DNA from: Cyanophora paradoxa CCMP329
Lineage: Eukaryota > Plantae > Glaucophyta
DNA length: 29,997 nt
Direction: 5' to 3'
NCBI GenBank assembly: GCA_004431415.1
Contig: QPMI01000485.1
Span: forward strand, 1-29,997
Of the stretch, positions 20,482 to 29,997 are shown one piece after another. Position numbers and translations under genes: made by a program. How positions within the stretch are numbered: position 1 is the first letter of the stretch; every line of letters starts with the position of its first letter. The notes beneath the pieces were generated by a model. The model saw only the letters and a program-made list of their open reading frames with translations, was not told the DNA's origin and did not search any database.

Positions 20482-23032
20482 CTAGCCTAGGACAACCGAG
20501 GCGCCGCCGCCGAGGCCGAGCGACCCCGCCTGCTCCAGCACGACGCACGCCGTTCCCGCCGTGCACGAGGCCGGCCGCGCCGCCGCCGGCCGCGTTGCCT
20601 GAATCAAGCAAAGGATTGAGCTCGAGAAGTGGGGGGAGGGGGGTGCGGGCGGGGGGTACCGGGGTCGGGAAGGCGACGTCGACGGCGACTATCAGATCGT
20701 CGAGCGGCGTGTTGATGTACCACGAGAGGAACGCGAGGGACCTGGAGGGGTACAGGAAAAGCGAGATCAAATTCAAATTTGAATTCGAAGGGGCGAGGGG
20801 CGGGCGCACCGGGGGGGGTCCAGGGCCATACCGGCCAGCCACGGGTCGGTACCCCTGCCGTCCGCCGCCGACGCGCACCTGCGCCAGGCGCGGCCCCGGG
20901 CCGTCCGTCAGTGCTGCCGGCGGCGGGCCGGGCGGCGCGCGAGACGCGCCGCCTATCTCTAGATGCCCAGAAACTAGAAATCGGCGGCGGCAGCAGCAGC
21001 GGCTGGCTGGGGTGTGTGTGCTTACATGATCGTCGTGACGAGCGCTGTAGCCACGGGGGAGGGCGGGAGGCCACGGGGCGCGCGGGGGCGCCGGTCAGCC
21101 GATCCCAAAGGAGAGAGCGCGTACCCCCCCTTAGACTTTAGCGGGGACCTACCCGTCGGCACGTGGAGCTTCCGCAAGCACTGGGGCCGGAGCTGCAGTG
21201 GCCCAGTTCGGGCTCGGAGGGGGGGGGGGGGGGGGGGGGGAGGCGGGGGAAGAGGGGGAACGGGGGTACAGCACGGGCGCGCCTCGGCGAAGTAAAGAGT
21301 CTCCCCGGGGCGGTAGTACTGGGCCGAGAAGGGGTTCGCGAGGCGCGCGCTCGTCCCGACGCCTGCGCTAAGAATTCGGGCCGCTGCGCACTGGGCGGCC
21401 GCCTGAATCTACTAAGATTTCGCCCTATGATTAGATGGTTGCCTTATAAATAATCGCCTTATATGATTTCGCTTTATATCTCGCGCAAACTCGGAGCGGG
21501 GCGCACCGTCGGAGAAGGTCTGATTCGCGGTGGGGGGCGGCTGCCCGGCGACGGTCGTGACCTGCCGACCCGACCAAAGGAGAGGAAGGCTGACCGTCAG
21601 CCGCGCCTGGGGCCGCGGACGCGGTTCCGGGCGGCTCGACGCGGATCAAATCGGACTCGCACCGCGCCCGTGGCCACTTCTATGCGGCGTATCGCTCCGT
21701 TGGAGACGTCCGTCGCGTAGAGTACCCCGGGCCGGACCTGCGCGGTGCATGTACCCCCTCAGATCCCGGCCCGGGCCGTCCGAGGGCGGGGGAGGGGGGT
21801 CCGAGGGCGGGTGAGGGGGGGTACCTCGACGATCGATGACAGGGTACGGAACTGAGCAAATGTGCCTGCGGGCGTGGAGCTAAGAGGGAAGCCGAGGGGG
21901 AACGAGTAGCGCAGGCCAAGAGGGCTAGGGGCGCGCCCACGCCGTCGGCGTAGCCAGCGAGGTTGCCCGCCTGCCCCGCGATCGCTTGCGGGGTGCTCCA
22001 CGCTGAACGCGGGGGTATCAGTACCCAGGCCGGGGATTAAGGGGGGTACGCGCACTCAACAGGTCCGTGCGGAAGACCTGCCCGTTCGCGTAATAGTACA
22101 GAGTCCGGTAGTCGATGCCAATGCACTGCAGGGACGGAGGGGGAGAGGGGCGGTAGGGGGGCGGGGGGGGGGGGGGGGGGCGGGGGAGCGGGGGGGAGGG
22201 GGAGGGGGGGGGCAAGGTCTTTTGAGTCCAGTGCGCGCGGGCGGGGTACAGGCGCAGGGCGGGACGGACCAGCCCGCCAAACTCCACCCCCGACGGAATC
22301 TGGAGGGGGGTATCGACGTAGCTGTCGTTCATGCGTATCCGCCGCAACAGGCCCACTCCGGTCGACCCGATAGCTACCCCTTGGGCTGGGCCGCCGCCGC
22401 TGCCGTCAGAGGGGTACAGCTGCAGCGCATGGCTCAGCTGGGGCGCACTGAAGTACATGTGGGTGCAGAGGTCGTTGAGAAGTATTCCAAAGCCGCCGGG
22501 CCCGATGGTCGCGCTTGTACCGTACCCGTCGGCCGTCCCCACCACGCCAGGGATCCCGGCCAGCAAAGTCGCTGGGGACGGTTCGCGGAGTCAGAAATCC
22601 CTAGGGCTCAAATCGCGGCCGACGCCCCGCGCGGTTGTTCGGGACGCACTCGCCCCCGCGTATGTGGCGTTATCGTTGCTGGTGGTGTTGACTTTGTAAA
22701 TAGTGGCCGAAGATGAATCGCCCACGCCAAACAGCTGCTTCGTCGCCGGGCAGTGCGCGAGGCCCCGCGGAAAGCCGAAGGCCCACGTGTACCTCACCGC
22801 GCCTGCGGCCACGCGCGCGCTTCGATGAGAGCGCGGCTCCAAGCTCTGGCTCGCAGAGCGTGAGCGGCGGACCTTCGTATGCAAAGCTGTACACGGCGAG
22901 GGCATGGTGCGGCAGAAGCATGCACAGCATCACGGCCAGGCACGCCGCCGGACCATGTATGCTGATGCGGCTGATGCAAGCAGCATCTTTGGTTCCCGGG
23001 CGCCGCTGCCACCCGCGAGATGACGCGTGCAT
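20482..23032 (-). CDS. NHL-repeat (beta-propeller) secreted protein, ~15 exons
   Basis: Hydrophobic leader, then repeated motifs LLAGIPGVVGTADGYGTSA, IAGQAGNLAGYADGVGTFAQF, LYATDVSNGAIRRIEVATG and VTTVAGQ..SDGVGTSARLANP. Fourteen short introns give a continuous frame. The start and last exon are uncertain. Confidence 0.8.
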
Positions 23033-25683
23033 GGCGTACAAGTCCAACAAGCTTGAGCCGTGCAGGGACGCCCGCAATCACTTGGCAGGGTGCAAAGATG
23101 CCTAACAGAGAACGCGTTCTCGACTGGGGCTGACTCGCCAGTGGCCAAGTTCCCTCGACGCCAGCGCATACGCGGACTGCCGCAGGCACGCAGGCTCTCC
23201 CGCAGAATCTGACTTTATGTTCCAGCTGCTAAGCTAATGCTGCCGTCGCCAGCAGGCCGCAGATCGAGTTGAATTGATTGTACCCGGGACCCACAAAACT
23301 GATCGTCGCACCGCGAGCTGTGGGGTTCCGGCGGGCATCGCGACTTCAATTGCGCGCGATCATCGAGGTCGAGCAATCGCCGGCGAGGTTCGTGCGTGTG
23401 CCGAGCGCACCACGCGCCGCGCGAGCATTCGCGTGGCCCCCGCGCCCTTCGCGCTCACGCGCGACTCCTGCTGTCAGGTTTACAGGCGAAGAGTGCGCAT
23501 GCGCCGCGGCCGCCGCGCGCGCCGACACTTGCACGTCCATCGATATCGCGGCTGTAGATCTACTTCGAATTCGATCTGACTAGTACTCGCGCGACCGGCC
23601 GCGGGGCGCAGAGCTTCGACGCCGAGCAGCCTACACTACTCCAGAGCGATATGTCTGAAGTCCACTCGAGCTCTGCTCATGTCTGCGAACAACAAATTTT
23701 AAAGGCTCCGATGCGCAGCCGCAACTGCGCATGCATGCGCAGCCGGCCGCGGAGAGAGTTCCAGATCTAGAGGTTCGCCCGCGGCCGCACTCGCGCGCGC
23801 GCGTGCACGTGTGCTTGATTCAGCTTGCGATTGCCCGGTCGACCTCGACGCCATGGCCAGCTGCAGCGCTAGCGCCAGCGGACCCACAGGGATCCGATTC
23901 CCTCGATCGCGGCGCCGGCGCCGGCGCCCCGCCGCGGGCTCCGGAGCCCGAGCTAGACCCGCGGCGCGCGAGCTCGACCGCGCGCGAACACGAGCTCGAG
24001 CTCGAGCTCGCGATCGAGCCGGGCGAGGTCGACGCGCCGGCCGAGCTCGAGCTCGAGGAGTCCCTGGCGTGTCTAGCTCTAGATCTGCGCGAGCGCGTCG
24101 TCTGGATCGGCGAGTGGGAGATCTAGAGGGCGCCCTTCTCGCACCAGGAGCTCCTCGCGATCGGCGCCCTGAACCGCGCTTTCGCCGCAGCCGGGTGCGC
24201 GCACGTGCGCGCTTTATTGCTATACAATAGATACCTGTACGCTCCCTTAAGCTTAAGCTTCCGATATCGATGCCGTAAGCTTAAGCTTGCTGCTAATCGA
24301 TATACATATCGACTGCGCGCGCATATATATTTAGCATCGACGTCGGGGATGGCCTTAAAGGTGGCGAGGAAGAAGACGTTTGCACTTGCGCTGCTGCGCC
24401 GCCCCTGGTGCGCGTGCGCGTGGCGGCTTGAGCTTCAGGTGGCGTCTCAGGGTAAGTCCGGATCCCCTTTGCCCGCGGCCGTCTCAGGACAAGGTCCGCG
24501 GGTTCTCGGAGTCCTTTCAATTTATATCAGAACCGTTGAACGTGAATCTGAATCTCGATCCCGTCGAACGGATGTCGACGTCGTGAAACGTTGAACGGAT
24601 GTCGACGTCGAATCCCTTTCGCAGGTCCCGCTGGACAAGTACGAGAACGTGAAGCGGGCGCACTTCGAGGCGGCGCCGGCGGAGGAGCGGGGGCGCCTCC
24701 AGGCCTAGGCCCGCCTCCGCGCCCTCGGGCACGACGCGTAGGGCATTGATTCCAGGATGAATTCGAATTGTAATTATAAATATAAATGTGCCTATGCCTC
24801 GCGATCGGCCGCGGCGCTGCCCCGAATTCGAACGACATGCACTGCGGCATTAATGTTTGGACGTTGCGAATCACTTGCGGGGGGAGGGGGGGGGGGGGGG
24901 GGGGGGAAAGCCCCCCCAGGCCTCAAAATGCTGAGTCCCACCCCACCCCCATCCACGAGTCCTCGGCCACGGGCCACGAGTCCCACCCGGAGACCGACTC
25001 CGGATCCCACGGTCTTGAGCTCAGAGTCTCCCAGCGAATTTCGAAGGCGGAGGAGGCCTAGGGGTGCAAAGGCGGAGAATGGATATCGATTGGAGGCAGG
25101 GGAAGAGCTGGTGGTGAAGATCGATATCGCTGCCGGCGCCGACTCGGCGATCGCGAAGAGAGGGCCGGGCAGCGAAGCTTTTAAGCCGGAGGAAGGTCGG
25201 GGAGGCACCGGGGCCCTGGAGGGCGCAGCTGCAGAGAGAGACGAGCTCGAGGGCGCAAGGGCCCGACGAGGCAAGCTAGCTATAGCCTATAGGGCGCCGG
25301 ATGCAAACCTTTGAACGCAGGATGCAAACGCAAAGAGACGTCGACGCGCATGTCGCCGGCGAGTCGACATCTGCTGCAGCTGCAGGCGGCGTATCATAGA
25401 CGGATTCATAGTATACATATGCATGTACATATATATATACGTATACGTAATCGTACATATACGTATACGTAATCGTTGAATGAATCGTTGAAAACTCCTA
25501 CGTTTTGAACTAGATGGCGTGCCACGGTGGCGCCGAGTCGCCGACGGTACCGGTGGCGGGCCGGGCCGCGGCCCGGGCGGGCCCGGCCCGCCCGGGCCAC
25601 CGGCGCCACCGCATGCAGGCTGATGATGCAGCAGGCGGCCGGGCGGCGGGCGGTACCGGTGGCGCGGCAGTGCGGCGGCACTA

Positions 25684-25946
25684 CCGTCGGGCACTAAATT
25701 ACCGCGGCATAAATTACCGCGTTTAATTTAAAAACCCGGCCCCCAACAGAGAATTACCGCGTTTTCAATTTTTGAGGCTTGTATGGGACGATATTTGGAG
25801 GGGGGTACTGTATGGGGCGACCTCTCAGCAGGTAATTACCGCCGCAAATACCGCGGTACCAAATATTACCGCGTTTTAACAAACTTTTGGCGCGGTAATT
25901 TGGTACCGCGGTAATTAGGTGGGCGCCGTTTTTATGTGTTCTACGG
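25684..25946. mobile_element. Tc1/mariner (pogo-like) MITE (~263 bp), relative of the 11663 element
   Basis: TA|CCGTCGGGCACTAAA...TTTATGTGTTCTACGG|TA. Iterated AATTACCGCG in direct orientation, then inverted CGCGGTAATT. Confidence 0.78.
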
Positions 25947-26376
25947 TAGTAAAACGTAATGGCGCCCTGTTGATTGGAAATCCTGCGGTACGATAGGACC
26001 CTTTTCTTGGCCAATGGTATGAGCGCTAGCCTCTAGGCTCGAAACTGAAAAAACCCTTTCCAATCGGCAAAAACATTTTTTCAGGTCAAGATTAGTTTGA
26101 ATTTCCGGCAATTTTCTGCACGTTTCAGTCCCTTTCTAAGTTAGTGCGTACCCCAATCTCCCGGCCCCAATCTCCCGGATCCCCAACTTGGGACTCAAGT
26201 TGGGACTCGGGAGTCGTTGCAATTGGGAGTCTTGGGACCCCAAGGGGCGGCGAGCGCCGGCGACTCGGCCGCAGACTGCCCGCAGTCTCGGCGCAGAGTC
26301 GCCGCGGCCGCCGAGTCTAAAATTGCCGTATATTGCCGAGAGGCCGAATTCGGCAAGTTTAAGCCACGGCAATTCT

Positions 26377-26950
26377 CAGGGGGTAGGGCTAAACGACTGA
26401 CACAGTCTACTGTAAGTCGGGAAATATTTAGTACTGTAGAACTGGTTAATTTAGTACAGGAAAATAATTAGTACTTCGCCAAAACTGCCACTTTAGCAGC
26501 TGGTAAATTTTTAGTAGGTCCGCCTTCGCGCAGGGCTTTTGTATGGCGGAGACGGGACTACCCCTACGAATTCTCGACTTTAGCAGGCGGGAAATATTTA
26601 GTAGATCGCCCAAAAACGTTTAGTACTATAAATATGCAGCCCACTAAATATTTCCAGCTCTCCAGTATACTGGATCTTTATAGTACCAAAGTTTTCAGGC
26701 CTACTAAAGTTTTATCGTATACTAAACCGAGGTGCGAGGGGGGGTACGTAGCGCAGCCTTAGTTGCAGCGCGGGAGAAGCTAGCTGTAGTGCGAGGGGGC
26801 TCTCGGACGCTCCAACAGATCTAGACCCCCTAGCGCGCGCCGTCTCCACCAGTGGACCACCACTTCTAAAGGCCGCTAGTACCCGCTACTAAAGCGCTCC
26901 GCGCGGCCAACTCTTAATTATTTTCAGCCTACTAAACCGACCAAACCCCG
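26377..26950. mobile_element. Degenerate hAT-like MITE, boundaries uncertain
   Basis: TTTAGTA motifs in the left half mirror TACTAAA motifs in the right half. The right end reads CGGGGTTTGGTCGGTTTAGTAGG on the minus strand. It shares CCATACAAAA.CCCTGC (inverted, ~26530) with the 10768 MITE. No clear TSD. Confidence 0.45.
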
Positions 26951-26956
26951 GGAAAT

Positions 26957-28413
26957 GCAGTCCGAGTCAGAAGGTGGGACCCGGTCCCGCCCGGTCCCGC
27001 GACGAAATCGCGCCAGGGACGCCCCAGAACGATACAGAATGAGGCGCGAGGGCGAGCGCATCGCCGCAAACTCGATTTCGGGCGCCCTCGACTCTGCAGT
27101 CCGAAGAGTCGGCCGAGAATTTGATCCAGCCGGTCCCGCCCGGTCCCGCGACGCGCGAAATCGATGCGTTCTGGCGCGCATAGACATAGCACGGCCTGCG
27201 CACCCCAGCGATCCGCTTTTCGGAGCCGGAACAGTGCAGGAAGGCACCCGACAGCAAGAATTCGATCCTGCACAGGCCCGGGCATCTTTCCGCGCGCGCA
27301 CGCCGCGGCGCATGCGCGGACCGATAGCATAAGCATTTCAGATGTAGAAGAAGCCTTCCACACGGTTTGCACATGCGCCCGGCCGCGAGAACCCAGCCGA
27401 CCCCGAAAATTCGATCCTCTTCAGACCTGAACAACTTTCCGCGCGCCCTCGCATTCTCGCGCATGCGCATCGCTGGTATATTCATTTGAGATTTTATCAA
27501 AGCCTTCCACAAACTTCGAAGACGCGAAAGAGCACGAGAACCCAGCCGACGGCAAAAATTCGATCCTGCACGGACCCGGACATCTTTCCGCGCGCCCACG
27601 CCGCGGCGCATGCGCGGAACAATAGCATAAGCATCTGAGATGTAGAGCAAGCGTTTCGCACGCTTTACTGATGTGCCGGGCCGCGAGGGCCCAGCCGACC
27701 CCGAAAATTCGATCCTGGACGGACCTGAACATCTTTCCGCGCGCCCTGGCATCCTCGCGCATGCCCATCGCTACAGTATTCATTTGAGATTTTATTAAAG
27801 CTTTTCGCAAGCTCTGCGGACGCGACAAGCTTAAGGCGCGGCAATCCAGCCGACGCAAAAATTCGATCCTGGCCACGCCTGCACATCCGCGCGCCCTCGC
27901 CTCCGCAGCCCTGCACATCGATGCTATATGCGTTCGAGATTCTGTTTAAGCGATGCGCAAGCTCTGTGCATGCGCCTGGCCGCGAGAACCTCGCCCCTCC
28001 CGGCCGCGGGCCTCCTTCCCAACAATATTATATAATTAATCTCCTCTCAATATGCTCCACCCTTTATTTCCTCAGCACATTAATATTCCTCTAGCCGGCC
28101 AGGGCTAGCTGGACTGGCCGTCAGCTAGCCAGCTTCCAGCCAGAAAGCTGTTCGCTGGCCAGTCGATGAGTGCCCTATAGGCCTACTGTGACAGCCGCGA
28201 GGGCGTCCGCGAGGCTTCGCCGTACTTAGTGCTCCGCAGGAGCACGGATCTTGTCAGGCGAAGCCTCTTTCTCAAACCCAAAAACCGACGATCTAAATTC
28301 CTTTTTTAACCTTTTTTTCCACTCGAGATCCCCCCTGCTAAATAATTTCCGTGTCGCACTCCCTCGAGGCAGAATTATTAATTCTGCCTCGACACGGACG
28401 CGATTGCCGCTAG
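26957..28413 (+). mobile_element. Non-autonomous Helitron-like unit, copy 1 (5'-truncated)
   Basis: Ends in a hairpin TCCGTGTCG...CGACACGGA (28348-28398), an 11-nt spacer and CTAG (28410-28413). Collinear with copy 2 at an offset of ~1600 bp. Confidence 0.7.
27110..28000. repeat. ~149-bp internal tandem repeat with alternating A/B monomers (also 28710-29600)
   Basis: Anchor AATTCGATCC at 27259, 27408, 27557, 27706 and 27860. Matching or variant anchors at 28860, 29014, 29163, 29311 and 29458. Confidence 0.92.
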
Positions 28414-29997
28414 TCACACAGCCACCCGAACCCCCACAGACCTCTCTAGATCCATTTTTAGCGTCCTGGCTTCCCTAAGACGACCGCTCCCCCGTGGGCG
28501 TCCCGCGAATATCGAATTTCCCTCTGGATCAATTCCGGTACTTAACCTCCGACAAACGCAGTCCGAGTCAGAAGGTGGGACCCGGTCCCGCCCGGTCCCG
28601 CGACGAAATCGCGCCAGGGACGCCCCAGAACGATACAAAATGACGCGCGAGGGCGAGCGCATCCCCGCAAGCTCGATTTCGGGCGCCGTCGACGCTCCAG
28701 TGCGAAGACTTGGCCGAAAATTTGATCCGGCCGGTTCCGCCCGGTCCCGCGACGCGCGCAATCGATGCGTACTGGCGCGCATAGACATAGCAAGGTCTGC
28801 GTACTCCAGAAATCCGCTTTTCGGAGGCCGAACAGTGCAGGAAGGTACCCGATGGCAAAAATTCGATCCGGATCCTGCACGGGCCCGGACATCTTTCCGC
28901 GCGCCCACGCTGCGGCGCATGCGCGGAGCAATAACATAAGCATTCGAGATGTAGACAAAGCATTCCGCACGCTTTGCGTATGCGCGGGGCCGCGGGGACC
29001 AGCCCACCCCGAAAATTCGATCCTCTACAGACCTGCACATCTTTCCGCGCGCCCTCGCATCCTCGCGCATGCGCATCGCTACAATATTCATTTGAGATTT
29101 TATCAAAGCCTTCGACAAGCTTCGAACACGCCGAAGACCACGAGAACCCAGCCGACGGCAAAAATTCGATCCTGCACGGACCCGGACATCTTTCTGCGCG
29201 CCCACGCCGCGGCACATGCGCGGGACAATAGCATATGCATGTGAGATGTAGACAAAGCCTTCCGCATGCTTTACAGATGCGCCGGGCCGCGAGAACCCAG
29301 CCAACCCGAAAGTTCGATCTTGCACGGACCTGCGCGCACAGCTTTCCGCATGCACGCCCTCGCATGCTCACGCATGGGCATTGCTACAGTATTCATTTGA
29401 GCTCTTTGTAAAGCTTTGCGCGAGCTCTGCGGACGGCGGCAATCCAGCCGACGCAAAACTTCGATCCTGGCCACGCCTGCACATCTTTCCGCGCGCCCTC
29501 GCCTCCGCAGACCTGCACATCGATGCTATATGCGTTCGAGATTCTTTTTAAGCGATTCGCAAGCTCTGTGCATGCGCCTGGCCGCGAGAACCTCGCCCTG
29601 CCGGGCCTCCTTCCCAACAATATTATATAATTAATCTCCTCTCAAACTAGATCGATCTGCTCCACTCTTTAATTATTTCCTCGCTCAGTACATAATGGCA
29701 TTAATATTACTCTAGCTAGCCGACCAGCGTTAGCTGGACTGGCCGTCAGCCAGCCAGCTTCTAGCCAGAAAGCTGTTCGCGATCGGCCAGGCCGCTGGCC
29801 AGTGCCCTATATATAGGCCTACTGTGACAGCCGCGAGGGCGTCCGCGAGGCTTCGCCGTACTTAGTGCTCCGCAGGAGCACGGATCTTGTCTCAAAACCA
29901 AAAACCGCCGACCCATATTCCTTTTTTAACCTTTTTTTCCACTCGAGATCCCCCCTGCCAAATAATTTCCGTGTCGCACTCCCTCGAGGCAGAATTA
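28414..29997 (+). mobile_element. Non-autonomous Helitron-like unit, copy 2 (runs off the window end)
   Basis: Begins with TC immediately after the CTAG of copy 1. GTCCGAGTCAGAAGG at 28561 matches 26960. The window ends inside the same terminal hairpin. Confidence 0.7.

Noticed and set aside
24349-24710. Possible small spliced gene (MALKVARKK... / VPLDKYENVKRAHFEAAPAEERGRLQA)
   Set aside because: Exon-like pieces exist, but I could not build a consistent model or recognise a family. It may be a decayed gene.
26030-26140. Possible additional small MITE
   Set aside because: Only a weak inverted match (ACTGAAA/TTTCAGT) and no TSD.
10289-26471. Numerous Arg/Ala/Gly/Pro-rich ORFs in the six-frame track
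   Set aside because: These are expected by chance in very GC-rich DNA. Most are antisense or off-frame to the spliced genes, or lie within repeats.
27110-29600. CRISPR array, or rRNA/5S/snRNA tandem genes
   Set aside because: The monomers are similar along their whole length with no unique spacers, there are no cas genes, and I recognise no structural RNA sequence.
26924-29634. Long ORFs (up to 313 aa) in the terminal repeat
   Set aside because: They are translations of a GC-rich 149-bp repeat, and frames are not conserved between copies.

Overview
The window comes from a GC-rich, intron-dense unicellular eukaryote (alga or protist; the taxon cannot be fixed from sequence alone) and has three zones. 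(1) 1-~9160 is an AT-richer, intronless, gene-dense block that reads as the right end of an integrated eukaryotic DNA virus. It carries a patatin-like phospholipase and a divergently transcribed cluster: a long glycosylated, membrane-anchored fibre/spike-like protein, a fibre with LHAVATSGxYxDLxNTP repeats, a C1q-tipped fibre and a small phage-type partner protein. The frameshifts I traced in these genes are almost all 1-nt homopolymer contractions, so the element is probably intact rather than decayed. (2) ~9160-26000 is host DNA: a Cys-rich secreted protein, VPS28, an SRPBCC-fold protein, cytosolic malate dehydrogenase and an NHL-repeat protein. The four spliced genes have short introns with frequent GC-AG donors. 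They are interspersed with hAT and Tc1/mariner(pogo)-type non-autonomous transposons. (3) ~26950-end is a head-to-tail ~1.6-kb Helitron-like repeat with an internal ~149-bp satellite. Host non-coding DNA shows pervasive short palindrome-forming insertions. Most ORFs in the supplied track over the GC-rich part are spurious.
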